A DNA stretch of 64,000 bases from an uncultured Prevotella sp. (GCA_946540435.1 CAMNII010000005.1:2356-66355), one strand, 5' to 3'; positions 28,803 through 38,697 are shown, counted from the first letter of the stretch. Notes: generated by a model not told the origin, from the sequence alone. Translations and numbers: made by a program.

Positions 28803-29678
28803 ATGAACAAAGTATCAATCAGGTTTTACAAGGACCATAAGGTGCGAGCCGTGTGGGATAAGGATGGGAATCACTGGTGGTTCTCGGTGCTGGACATCGT
28901 GGGAGCCATCAACCAGCAGGATGACCATGAGAAGAACCGTAACTACTGGAAGTACCTGAAGGCAAAATTGAAGAAGGAAAATAGTGAAGTGGTTAGTGAC
29001 ACTACCCAGTTGAAACTCACTGCTCCTGATGGAAAGAAACGTATGACCGATGTTATCAGCCAGACGGGTGTCGATAAGCTTGCTAAGACCATTCGAAACC
29101 AACAGGCAATGGACTTCCTCGATTGGTTCACCTACAGCGATAACACCATAGACGGACAGAGCCGGAAGAAGGCCTACACGCTGTGGGAGGGCAATCTTGT
29201 GGCTGATAAAGATGTTGGCACTGTAAAGGCTCTGCAACAGATTCACGCCTACCTGTTTGGTGGGCTATATGACTTTGCTGGCAAGATTCGCACCAAGACT
29301 ATTGCGAAGGGTAATACGCTGTTCTGTCTGGCGGAGCATTTGCACAGTTATCTGAAAACCGTTGAGGCAATGCCAGAGACAACTTTCGACGAGATTGTAG
29401 AGAAGTACGTGGAGATGAATGCGGCTCACCCATTTATGGAGGGCAACGGGCGCTCAACACGCATCTGGCTTGACATGATATTCAAGAAGCGCATGAAGAT
29501 GTGCGTGGATTGGAGCCGGATTGACAAACGTGACTATCTCGACGCCATGATTGCCAGCCATACGGATAGTAGTCGCCTCCATGAATTGCTCAAAGGTGCA
29601 ATGACAGACAAAATCGACGACCGCGAGATATTCATGAAGGGTATCGACTACTCGTATTACTATGAGCAGGAAGAATAA
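28803..29678 (+). CDS. BRO-N-like domain fused to Fic adenylyltransferase (class III-like)
   Basis: VRAVWD...WWFSVLDIV...QLKLTAPDGKKRMTDV; HPFMEGNGRSTR; C-terminal GIDYSYYYEQ. Confidence 0.88.
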   Translation: MNKVSIRFYKDHKVRAVWDKDGNHWWFSVLDIVGAINQQDDHEKNRNYWKYLKAKLKKENSEVVSDTTQLKLTAPDGKKRMTDVISQTGVDKLAKTIRNQQAMDFLDWFTYSDNTIDGQSRKKAYTLWEGNLVADKDVGTVKALQQIHAYLFGGLYDFAGKIRTKTIAKGNTLFCLAEHLHSYLKTVEAMPETTFDEIVEKYVEMNAAHPFMEGNGRSTRIWLDMIFKKRMKMCVDWSRIDKRDYLDAMIASHTDSSRLHELLKGAMTDKIDDREIFMKGIDYSYYYEQEE

Positions 29679-29679
29679 T

Positions 29680-30335
29680 AACATCGAAAGGCACGAAACC
29701 TTCCATGACGCCTCGGCGTCACAGATTTTGGATAGATTTTCAAAAGATTTTGGATAGATTTGACTTCGTCTTCCTCCTCCTTGCAGGGCAAAGCTCAAGC
29801 GAGTTTGGCTCTGCGCCTGCTTTGTTCGTCGGTTCTGCGCGAAGCGCATTCCCCCCTTTGTCCTTTGAATGTTGTTCTGTTGCTTTTTTGTCAAGAATTA
29901 GAGAATTAGAGAACCAACGACAAACCGAGAGAAAAGCCAAACTTGGTTGCTGTCAACTTTAATCAATGCAGCATATAATATAGTAATATAGGGATTGCTC
30001 TTCGAGCAAGAAATCTACAGAAAATCTGAAGAAATTCTTTTAATGTCAGATTATAGAACATCGAAAGGCACGAAAGGAACGAAAGGGATGGGGATGCGCC
30101 TTGTGCAGAAAACTTTCAAAAATCTATGCTGATGCCAAGGGCATCATAAAAAATTCGTGTTTTTCGTGTTTTTCGATGTTTCCTGATTATTTGATGTTTT
30201 TTTTTTGAACATCTAAAGGCACGAAAAAAACGAAAGGGATGTGCGTAGCGCATCCCCCTTTAGTCCCTTAAGTCCTTAAAGTCCGTAGAGAAAAACCGGA
30301 GAGAAAAGACCGTAGAGAAAAGACTGACGAAGTTC
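29680..30335. repeat. Mosaic hairpin-module repeat array, copy 2
   Basis: Shares modules with 779-1195 and 35184-36182 in a different order and orientation. Confidence 0.9.
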
Positions 30336-30336
30336 C

Positions 30337-31851
30337 TCAGCGATGTATCTGGTAGCTGAAGTCGTCGAAGCGGGCTGTGCCGCCCTCTCCATAGCAGAAG
30401 AGTCCTATGCGGAACCCTTTCCAGAAGCCTTTCGACATCATGAAGGGCTCGCCGACGGGTGTGTAGCGTCTGCCGTCGAGGCTGTAGGCGAAGCGGTGCT
30501 GGTTGGTGGTGACGTCGAGGGTGATGCGCAGGAACACCTTGGTAGGCCGCTTGCTGCTGACGAGTTCCGTCTGTCCGTTCTCCTCTATATAGATGCCGTC
30601 GGCATTGACGCCGATGCCGCGGAAGTCGCTGCCGATACAGAGCAGTCCGGCACGGGCGGTGTCGAGGTCGCGGCAGTCCATCAGTACGGTGGCCTCGCTC
30701 TCGAAGCCCATGGTCTTCTGGGTGAGCATGTTGCGGGCGTTCTTCAGGTCGGGCGAGGGCTGGGCGTGGATGGTCAGCCATCCCTTCCGCTCGGTGAGGC
30801 TCCAGTGGCTGTCATCGGGGTTGTGGCACCACTGCCACTGCAGTCCCAGCTGTGTGCCGTCGAAGTCGTCGGAGGTCTGTGGCAGCATCGGCAGGGTATT
30901 GCCTCCCACGGCCGGCTTTGTCCATACGCTGACGGGTTCGCCGATGCCGTTGCCGTCGATGTCGACGCCCATCAGCGGCCAGTCGTCGCGCCACCGTGCG
31001 GGCTGCAGGTGGACGACGCGTCCGAGCACGGGGGTGTCCTGGAAGTGGAAGAACCACCAGTCGCCGTCAGGCGTGTCGACGAGGGCGCCCTGATGGGGTC
31101 CGTTGACCGCTGTGGAGCCCTGTTCGAGCACCACGCGCTTCTCGTAGGGTCCGTAGATGTTTTTCGACCGCAGGACGGTCTGCCAGCCTCCGCCGACGCC
31201 GCCCTCTGGGATGATCAGATAGTAGTAGCCGTTGCGCTTGAGCCATTTCGTGCCTTCTGCCACGGGTCCGGTATATACCGTCACGCCGTCGTCGAGCAGC
31301 CGTCGGCCGTCGGCCGACATCCTGTGGACGATGATCGGTCCTGCTCCCCACTGGCTACGGCCGAGATAGGCCTGGCCGTCATCGTCCCAGAGTGGACAGG
31401 GGTCTTCCCATTTCTCCACGGCCTTCACGCAGTGGAGCAGTGTCCACGGCCCGCGCACGTCTTCTGCCGACGACATGAAGAGGCCCTCGTCGGGCGTACA
31501 CACATAGACGTAGAAGCGTCCGTCGTGCCAGCGGATGCTCGGTGCCCATGGTCCTCCGGCATAGTGGCTGTTGGTGTTCCATCCCGGCAGGTCGAGGCGT
31601 CTGAAGATCTGGGCAGCGACCTGCCAGTTCACCATGTCGTCGGACTCCAGCACCTGCATGCCCAGGAAGTGGAAGTCGCTGGCCACCATGTAGTACTTGC
31701 TGCCCACGCGGATGACGTCAGGGTCGGAGTAGTCGGCGTTGAGCACAGGGTTCTTATACGTGCCGTTGCCCTGGTCGCCCCAGTCGAGGGGTGCCTGTGC
31801 GCTAACACCCGTCGTGCACAGTGTCAGCAGGATGGAAAGTATTACTCTCAT
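30337..31851 (-). CDS. Glycoside hydrolase family 43 (beta-xylosidase/arabinofuranosidase-like) with C-terminal beta-sandwich
   Basis: NPVLNADYSDPDV, WAPSI, WEDPCP, AEG, PHQG and SDDF motifs; signal peptide. Confidence 0.92.
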   Translation of the reverse strand: MRVILSILLTLCTTGVSAQAPLDWGDQGNGTYKNPVLNADYSDPDVIRVGSKYYMVASDFHFLGMQVLESDDMVNWQVAAQIFRRLDLPGWNTNSHYAGGPWAPSIRWHDGRFYVYVCTPDEGLFMSSAEDVRGPWTLLHCVKAVEKWEDPCPLWDDDGQAYLGRSQWGAGPIIVHRMSADGRRLLDDGVTVYTGPVAEGTKWLKRNGYYYLIIPEGGVGGGWQTVLRSKNIYGPYEKRVVLEQGSTAVNGPHQGALVDTPDGDWWFFHFQDTPVLGRVVHLQPARWRDDWPLMGVDIDGNGIGEPVSVWTKPAVGGNTLPMLPQTSDDFDGTQLGLQWQWCHNPDDSHWSLTERKGWLTIHAQPSPDLKNARNMLTQKTMGFESEATVLMDCRDLDTARAGLLCIGSDFRGIGVNADGIYIEENGQTELVSSKRPTKVFLRITLDVTTNQHRFAYSLDGRRYTPVGEPFMMSKGFWKGFRIGLFCYGEGGTARFDDFSYQIHR

Positions 31852-32040
31852 CTCTTACAAAAGGAACTGATTGTTAATGACATGTTATGATTCCTTTGCA
31901 AAATTACGAAATATCTTTCTACTCCCCAAATGTTTTCCTTGTATTTTTTTGACTGTCTTTCTGCCACCGTCTTTTGTTTTTACATCGGTGTAAAGGTTTG
32001 CGGCCCAAACCAAAGGCCGTTTTATGCCGGACACCAATAA

Positions 32041-32082
32041 AAAAAATGAAAAGCCTGCGTGTGGCATGGCTTTTCATTTTTT
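32041..32082 (-). terminator. gpmI terminator
   Basis: AAAAAATGAAAAGCC / GGCTTTTCATTTTTT inverted repeat. Confidence 0.75.
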
Positions 32083-32105
32083 CTATGGATGATTTCCGAC
32101 GTTCT

Positions 32106-33626
32106 TTAGTCGCTGATGAGGCACTCGCCGGTCATGTCGGCAGGCTGCTCCAGTCCCATGATGTGGAGGATGGAGGGTGCGACGTCGGCCAGGCGGCCGT
32201 CCTTCACGGTGGCGGAGTTGTTGTTCGTCACGTAGATGAAGGGTACGGGGTTGAGGGAGTGTGCGGTGTTCGGCGTGCCGTCGGCATTGATGGCATTGTC
32301 GGCATTGCCGTGGTCGGCGATGATGATGGCCTCGTAGTCATTGGCCTTGGCAGCCTCGATGACCTCGCGCACGCAGTTGTCGACGGCCCAGACGGCCTTG
32401 GCGATGGCGTTGTAGACGCCGGTGTGGCCTACCATGTCGCCGTTGGCGAAGTTGACGACGATGAAGTCGTACTCCTGGGTGTTGATGGCGCCGACGAGTT
32501 TGTCCTTCACCTCGTAGGCCGACATCTCGGGCTTGAGGTCGTAGGTGGCCACCTTAGGTGAGGGGACGAGGATGCGGTCCTCGCCTTCGAAGGGTGCCTC
32601 GCGTCCGCCGTTGAAGAAGAACGTCACGTGGGCGTACTTCTCGGTCTCGGCCGTGTGGAGCTGTTTCTTCCCGAGTTTCGAGAGGTATTCGCCGAGGGTG
32701 TCTTCGACGTTCTCTTTGGGGAAGAGGATGCCGACGCCGCGGAAGTTGGCATCGTAGGGTGTCATGCAGTAGTATTTCAGTCCGGGGATGGTCTTCATGC
32801 CTTCCTCGGGCATGTCCTGCTGGGTGAGCACGGTGGTGAGCTCCTTGGCGCGGTCGTTGCGGAAGTTGATGAAGATGACGGCGTCGCCCTCTTCGATGAC
32901 GCCGTTGACCTGGGTGTTGTGGATAGGCTTGATGAACTCGTCGGTGACGCCTTCGTCATACGACTCCTGCATGGCCTTGAGCATGTCGGCCGACTGCTTG
33001 CCCTGTCCGGCGACGATGAGGTCGTAGGCTTCCTTGACGCGTGCCCAGCGTTTGTCGCGGTCCATGGCATAGAAGCGTCCGACGATGCTGGCGATATGTG
33101 CGTCGTTCTGACGGCATACGTCCTGCAGCTTGCTGATGAATCCGATGCCTGACTTCGGGTCGGTGTCGCGGCCGTCCATGAAGCAGTGGACGAAGATCTG
33201 GTCTTTCAGTCCGTATTCCTTTCCTATCTCGACGAGTTTGAACAGGTGGTCGAGGCTTGAGTGGACGCCGCCGTCAGAGGTGAGTCCCATCAGGTGGAGT
33301 TTCTTGCCGTGCTCCTTGGCGTAGGTATAGGCCTCGACGATGCAGGGATTCTTCATGATGGAGCCGTCCTTGCAGGCGCGGTTGATTTTCACCAGGTCCT
33401 GATAGACCACGCGTCCGGCACCGATATTCAGGTGACCCACCTCAGAGTTTCCCATCTGTCCGTCGGGCAGTCCGACATCCTCGCCGGAGGCCTGCAGCTG
33501 TGAGTGAGCCGATGTTGCGTTAAGAAGGTCGAGGTAAGGCGTCGGCGTGTTGTAGATGACGTCGCCCTTGCCGTGTTGTCCGATTCCCCATCCGTCGAGG
33601 ATCATCAGAAGTGCTTTTTTTGCCAT
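32106..33626 (-). CDS. gpmI: 2,3-bisphosphoglycerate-independent phosphoglycerate mutase
   Basis: [42 protein letters not shown] and ADHGN motifs. Confidence 0.97.
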   Translation of the reverse strand: MAKKALLMILDGWGIGQHGKGDVIYNTPTPYLDLLNATSAHSQLQASGEDVGLPDGQMGNSEVGHLNIGAGRVVYQDLVKINRACKDGSIMKNPCIVEAYTYAKEHGKKLHLMGLTSDGGVHSSLDHLFKLVEIGKEYGLKDQIFVHCFMDGRDTDPKSGIGFISKLQDVCRQNDAHIASIVGRFYAMDRDKRWARVKEAYDLIVAGQGKQSADMLKAMQESYDEGVTDEFIKPIHNTQVNGVIEEGDAVIFINFRNDRAKELTTVLTQQDMPEEGMKTIPGLKYYCMTPYDANFRGVGILFPKENVEDTLGEYLSKLGKKQLHTAETEKYAHVTFFFNGGREAPFEGEDRILVPSPKVATYDLKPEMSAYEVKDKLVGAINTQEYDFIVVNFANGDMVGHTGVYNAIAKAVWAVDNCVREVIEAAKANDYEAIIIADHGNADNAINADGTPNTAHSLNPVPFIYVTNNNSATVKDGRLADVAPSILHIMGLEQPADMTGECLISD

Positions 33627-33789
33627 AGTTTTTCTATATCTTTAATATGTTTCTCGTTCGCAATTCTTTCTCCGGATGTGCTCCGAGAATAATTCTGCCT
33701 GCAAAATTACTGCTTTTTCTCCGATTTCCGAAAATAAAGTTGTAATTTTGTAGTCAGAAAGAATAAAAACATCATATTCGTCAACTGGT

Positions 33790-34887
33790 ATGAGCGGAAA
33801 GCATAACTACAAATCGGTATTGGCCATCATCATGGAGCGCATCGCCGACGGCACCTACAGCAGCGGCTCCCTGCTGCCCGCAGAGACACTGCTGGCCGGG
33901 GAGTTCGGCGTCTCGCGTCCCACCGTTGCCCGTGCCTACGACCATCTCGTCGGCGAAGGCCTCGTATACAAGAAGCGGGGCGTGGGAACCATTGTCAACA
34001 TGCAACGCGCCAAGAAGGACTCCTACACCTTCGGCCTGCTCTTGCCGGGTGCCGGCGAGTCGGAGATCTTTGCCGAGATCAACGACCAGATACTCCAGCA
34101 GGCCGACCGCATGGGCTGCAACTGCGAATGCGAGGGCACCACGGCCAACAATGCCGAGACGCGTAGCATGATGGCGCTCTCGTCGATGGAGAGCTATATC
34201 GCCAAGAAGGTCGACGGCATCTTCTTCGCACCCTTCGAGCGCGTGAGGAATGCCGATGCCATCAATGCCGCCATCTGCAGCCGCGCACAAGAGGCCGGCA
34301 TACCCATCATTCTCATCGACAGGGATGTCGTGGCCGTGCCCGAGCGGAGTCCCTTCAACCTCGTCAGCCTCGACAACTACACCGGCGGTGCCGTCATGGC
34401 CCGCCACATGATTGCCGCAGGATGCAAGAACATCTACTTCTTTGCCGTCAGCCATTCGGCCTACTCCGTCAACATCCGCAGGAATGCCGTGAAGCTCACC
34501 GTGCTCGAGGCCGGCCTCGACTTCTTCGACGAGAGCTATATCACCGGCGACCCGAAGGACATGAACACCGTCAGGAGCATTCCCATCATCCGCCGGCAGA
34601 CGGGCATCATCTGTGCCAACGACGCCACGGCGGCCATCCTGATGTCGTCGCTCGCCGAACTCGGCTACCGCTGCGGCACGGACTATCTGCTCAGCGGCTT
34701 CGACGACATGAAGTATTCCTCCTTCCTCACCACACCGCTCACCACCTACCGGCAACCCTGCACCGAGATTGCCAACATCAGCATCGACCTCCTCATCCGC
34801 CGCATCAGCAACACCGACAGCCACCCGCTGACCGTGCTGCTCGGCGGAACGCTCGTTGACCGGGCATCCACCACGTTTGCCAAGTAG
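33790..34887 (+). CDS. GntR-HTH + LacI-type sensor transcriptional regulator (AraR-like architecture)
   Basis: LPAETLLAGEFGVSRPTVARA HTH; VDGIFF, ICANDATA, SGFDD, LTTYRQP. Confidence 0.9.
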   Translation: MSGKHNYKSVLAIIMERIADGTYSSGSLLPAETLLAGEFGVSRPTVARAYDHLVGEGLVYKKRGVGTIVNMQRAKKDSYTFGLLLPGAGESEIFAEINDQILQQADRMGCNCECEGTTANNAETRSMMALSSMESYIAKKVDGIFFAPFERVRNADAINAAICSRAQEAGIPIILIDRDVVAVPERSPFNLVSLDNYTGGAVMARHMIAAGCKNIYFFAVSHSAYSVNIRRNAVKLTVLEAGLDFFDESYITGDPKDMNTVRSIPIIRRQTGIICANDATAAILMSSLAELGYRCGTDYLLSGFDDMKYSSFLTTPLTTYRQPCTEIANISIDLLIRRISNTDSHPLTVLLGGTLVDRASTTFAK

Positions 34888-35198
34888 CAGGTGTGTGTTC
34901 TCACTCTTTCGCTGAGACAGAAAACGATGTTTCCACTTCCCCGCAGACGCGGAAAACGATGTATTCCCTAAGAGAATACAATGTAATCCCTAAGGGAATA
35001 CAGTGTAATCCCTAAGAGAATACAGTGTGATCCCTAAGGGAATACGATGGGGTCTGGTAAAAAGCAACCCTACTTCCTCAACCCAGGGTGCTCAATGGTC
35101 TTTACCTCCGTTTCGTTCCCCCTGTTTCGCGGGAGACGGAAGCCCTGGGATTACCAAAGAAGGTAAAACGCTTTTTACCAGACACCTTTTTTCTACGG
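34869..35198. repeat. ~330-bp inverted copy of 1183-1534 (gene 3' end + tail + 22-bp array + MITE)
   Basis: Direct base comparison shows only scattered substitutions and one fewer 22-bp unit. Confidence 0.93.
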
Positions 35199-36182
35199 CC
35201 TTTTTTCTACGGTCTTTTCTCTACGGACTTTAAGGACTTAAGGGACTAAAGAGGGATGCGCTGCGCACATCCTCCTAATAGTAGATTGTCTGAACATCGA
35301 AAGGAACTAAAAGGACGAAAAGAAGAGAGGGGATGCGCTTCGCGCAGAAATCTATCCAAAATCTTTTGAAAATCTATCAAAAATCTGTGACGCCGAGGCG
35401 TCATGGAAGGTTTCGTGCCTTTCGATGTTCTTAAATCATTCTGACGAATTTGGTGTAAAGGTACTTTCTCTCCGGTCTTTTTTCTACGGACTTTAAGGAC
35501 TAAAGGGGGATGCGCTGCGCACATCCCTTTCGTTTTTTTCGTTCCTTTAGATGTTCAAAAAAACATCAAATAATCAGGAAACATCGAAAAACACGAAAAA
35601 CACGAAAATTTCATGATGCTTCCGCCGTGCAGGCCACCGTAAGGGTAGTAGTGGTTGGTGCGCTCCACGAGGCCGTCCTGCCGCACGATGCGCAGAGAAA
35701 AAACTCCCAAACTCCCAAACTCCTTAGAACAATAACAAATCTCTATGGAGTAAAGGAGTAAAGGAGTGGCTGCGCGGAGCGCATCAATATTAATGGGATT
35801 GCCTAACGGCAAGAAATCTAAGAAAATCTGGAAAAAATCATAGAAAATCTTTATCTTAGATTATATAACATCGAAAGAAACGAAAAACTCTCATGACGTC
35901 GAGACGTCATAGATTTTTGATAGATTTCCAAAAGATTTTCTCAGATTTGACTTTCGTCTTCCTCCTCCTTGCAGGGCAAAGCTCAAACGAGTTTGGCTCT
36001 GCGCCTGCTTCGTTCGTCGGTTCTGCGCGGAGCGCATCCCCATCCCTTTCGTTCCTTTCGTGCCTTTCGATGTTCTTAAATCATTCTGACGAATTTGGTG
36101 TAAAGGTACTTTCTCTCCGGTCTTTTTTTCTACGGACTTTAAGGACTAATAGGACTCTTTTTTGGATGCGCTGCGCACATCC
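35184..36182. repeat. Mosaic hairpin-module repeat array, copy 3 (longest)
   Basis: Contains the 62-bp module twice (35411-35472, 36056-36117), the other shared modules and a GGAGTAAA octamer inverted repeat (~35703-35767). Confidence 0.9.
35618..35695 (-). pseudogene. 78-bp fragment of an RHS repeat-associated core gene
   Basis: Minus strand reads LRIVRQDGLVERTNHYYPYGGLHGGS, matching the Bacteroidales RHS core motif (..G.VEQ.NHYYPFG..). GC-rich within an AT-rich repeat. Confidence 0.7.
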
Positions 36183-36461
36183 TACTCAGCCACAATACAA
36201 ATACCATTTTCATTCTGTTCATTTTGCTGTTTCGTTTCTTTTTCCTACAAAGATAATGAAAAAAAAGGACTGGAGGTTTCTTTTATCACAAAAAAGACAC
36301 CTCCCGTCCCTCTTTTTCTTTACATACTCCATAACAATTATGGAGAACAACCTCCTTTTCACCCACTCAAAATGAAGCAGAAGCCATTTCTTTCTCTATT
36401 TATTTACACGCATGTAATAAACAAAACTTTATTGGTCAGACTACTTCCTGCCAGCGAGCAA

Positions 36462-36600
36462 CTATTGGGCATTTACACCGTCCCAAACGCTCTTACTGAC
36501 CTTCTTGAAGGTGGCTACATCGTATTCTTCGTCATTATAATCCTACACTCAACACTGCTGCCATCACAATGGTCAGCAAGCAAAAAAACTTTTTACTCAT
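36462..36600 (-). pseudogene. Internally deleted lipoprotein remnant
   Basis: MSKKFFCLLTIVMAAVLSVGL* (signal peptide cut before the lipobox Cys) joined out of frame to DYNDEEYDVATFKKVSKSVWDGVNAQ*. Confidence 0.4.
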
Positions 36601-36653
36601 GACTGTTTTATTTATAATTGTACTATAATAATTCAAAAAGGGCGAATCTGTGC

Positions 36654-38033
36654 TCATTGATAAACGCCAAACTCGGAAATGGAGGGTGCCTCGGCGCTGT
36701 CGGTGATGGTGATGCGCACATGGTCGGCAACGACGGCAGGGAACCGATGGGTCTTCACACGCAGGGCATTAGGCGACGGACCGTCGAACAACACGTGCCA
36801 CTCACCATTGAGGGCATACTCCAGCCGGTAGGCCTTCAGACTGGGGGTGCCTCCCTCGGTGATGGTCACCATGCTGATGGGCTGCGGCTCCTGCAGGTCG
36901 ACAGTCCACCAGGGATTTTCCACCAGCCGGTGCGACTGCCACGATGTGGTGAAGTCATCGTCGTTGGCAAAGTCCATGATGTTCATATCGTAGCTCCATG
37001 AACTCTCGGCAGGCTTGCCCTTGGCAATATTCCTCCCGATGATGGGACCGTCGTTGGCGGGCAGGTGCGGCGTCTGCCGAAGCGGGGTCCACAGCCGCCC
37101 GATCTCCCGCAGTGCTGCCACGGCATTGTCGTCGATGAGGCCGTCGCGGTTTGGTGCGGCATTGAGGATGAAGTTACAGTAGGCCTTCTCGGTATACGGC
37201 CGGATATTCTCGTCGACAAGCCACTGGGGCGACCGCAGCTCATCGGTAGGCATCGACTCCTTCCAGAACCACGTGCGCTGCAGAGGCAGGCAGGCCAATG
37301 CCGGCAGTCGGTTGTCGGAGGTGGAGATTTTCTGTCCTGCTCCCTGCTCATACGACTTGATGTCGGTGTAGAAGAGGCCCTCGCGCGGATACTTCGCCGC
37401 GTTCAGGTCCATCACCAGGCAGTCGGGCTGCAGCCGCTTGACGAGGGCGTAGATCTCGCCAAAGGGCACCTCGTCGTAGGAGATGCGGCTCCACGGGGCA
37501 TCCCAGCCGTCGATGATGAGGGCTTCGATGGGACCGTAGCCCGTGAGCAGCTCGGTCAGCTGCGCCTTCACCATCGATATTTTCCAGGGCTCTATATGTC
37601 CGGGGCGCAGCCGGTGGTGGGTGTCGAGGATGGAATAATAGAGCATCACCTTCAGCCCTTCGGCACGGAAGGCATCGACGAACTCACGCACCACGTCGCG
37701 CTTCAGCGGCGACTGCATGACGTTGTAGTCGGTAGTCCGCGTGTCCCAGATGCAGAAGCCGCTATGGTGCTTCGTCGTCAGACAGCCATACGACATGTGA
37801 GCATCCTTCGCTGCCCGCGCCCACTGCCGGCAGTCGAGCCGTGTGGGGTTGAACACGGCGGGCGACAGGTCGGGGTCGGGCCAGTCTTCCGGCGCATAGG
37901 TCGGGATATTATAGTGGATGAACATGCCGAACTGCAGGTCGACAAACTGCTGCTGACGTTCGAGGAGTGACGTCTGCGAGAAGGCTGACGTCAGCACCAA
38001 CGACAGCAGGGACGAAAGGATTATTCTCTTCAT
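36654..38033 (-). CDS. Alpha-L-fucosidase (GH29) with C-terminal F5/8 type C (CBM32-like) domain
   Basis: FGMFIHY, FNPTRLDCRQW, LTTKHHSGFCIWDT, NFILNAAPNRDG; NIAKGKPAESS...WWTVDL. Confidence 0.9.
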   Translation of the reverse strand: MKRIILSSLLSLVLTSAFSQTSLLERQQQFVDLQFGMFIHYNIPTYAPEDWPDPDLSPAVFNPTRLDCRQWARAAKDAHMSYGCLTTKHHSGFCIWDTRTTDYNVMQSPLKRDVVREFVDAFRAEGLKVMLYYSILDTHHRLRPGHIEPWKISMVKAQLTELLTGYGPIEALIIDGWDAPWSRISYDEVPFGEIYALVKRLQPDCLVMDLNAAKYPREGLFYTDIKSYEQGAGQKISTSDNRLPALACLPLQRTWFWKESMPTDELRSPQWLVDENIRPYTEKAYCNFILNAAPNRDGLIDDNAVAALREIGRLWTPLRQTPHLPANDGPIIGRNIAKGKPAESSWSYDMNIMDFANDDDFTTSWQSHRLVENPWWTVDLQEPQPISMVTITEGGTPSLKAYRLEYALNGEWHVLFDGPSPNALRVKTHRFPAVVADHVRITITDSAEAPSISEFGVYQ

Positions 38034-38091
38034 ACGGAATCCGTTTTTATTATTAAGCCCTGCAAAAATACTCATTTAAATCGACATAACG

Positions 38092-38120
38092 AAAAAAGTG
38101 CGGCATTTTTTGCCGCACTT
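38092..38120 (-). terminator. hsp20 terminator
   Basis: AAGTGCGGCA / TGCCGCACTT stem with an A-run. Confidence 0.75.
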
Positions 38121-38148
38121 CTTATGCTCCTCCTCTTACTCGTGATGG

Positions 38149-38574
38149 TTAGTCGATGTTGATCTGGCGATGAACAGTCTGCTTCTCCTGCACGAACTTC
38201 GGCAGGTCGACGGTGAGGACACCGTCGTTGACGCGGGCTGCGATCTTGTCCTTCTCGACATCGTCGGGCAGAATCAGTGTCTGCTCGAACTTCGAATAGC
38301 TGAACTCGCGACGCAGGTAGTGAGCCTTCTTGTCCTGGTCCTTCTGCTCGGCCTTGTGCTCCATCTTGATGACGAGGTTGCCCTCTTCATTGATGTTCAC
38401 GTTGAAGTCTCCTTTCGTCATGCCCGGGGCGGCCACTTCCACCGTGTAGGCCTTGTCGTTTTCCAGCACGTTGATGGCCGGAGCTGTTGCTGCTGCACGC
38501 GGCATGAAGTCGGTATCGAAAAAGTCGTTGAACACTTCGGGTAACCATGCATTTCTACGAATCATTGGTGTCAT
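38149..38574 (-). CDS. Hsp20/alpha-crystallin small heat-shock protein
   Basis: PAINVLE, AAPGMTKGDF, RREFSY..F, ARVNDGVLTVDLPK. GGAGG upstream of the chosen ATG. Confidence 0.95.
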   Translation of the reverse strand: MTPMIRRNAWLPEVFNDFFDTDFMPRAAATAPAINVLENDKAYTVEVAAPGMTKGDFNVNINEEGNLVIKMEHKAEQKDQDKKAHYLRREFSYSKFEQTLILPDDVEKDKIAARVNDGVLTVDLPKFVQEKQTVHRQINID

Positions 38575-38682
38575 AATCAAATCCTCCATTTTATTAAAGT
38601 TGTTATACATTCTTTTCTTATTATATAAGTATATATATTCTTTATTATTCTCTCGGAGCCTTGCGGCTTCACCCGTATATTC

Positions 38683-38697
38683 GCAACAAACGTGCCA
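38683..38697 (-). promoter_or_regulatory. Sigma-54-type -24/-12 promoter of hsp20
   Basis: Minus strand TGGCACG-TTTG-TTGC is an exact match to TGGCACG-N4-TTGC. Confidence 0.7.

Larger units (their letters stand above)
18680..30335. other. AT-rich accessory/defence island with no recognisable integrase; boundaries approximate
   Basis: Abrupt drop in GC, by eye, versus flanking core genes. Seven co-oriented accessory genes. Ends in a mosaic repeat array. Confidence 0.7.

Noticed and set aside
30343-31890. 515-aa plus-strand ORF and other long antisense ORFs (2939-4135, 7246-8688, 33781-34824, 59255-60445, 15333-16418)
   Set aside because: Shadow frames opposite well-supported genes with GC3-rich codons; no recognisable motifs.
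31979-31994. Palindrome TTTACATCGGTGTAAA as a LacI/GntR operator for the GH43 gene
   Set aside because: Single occurrence some distance from the promoter; cannot be assigned from sequence alone.
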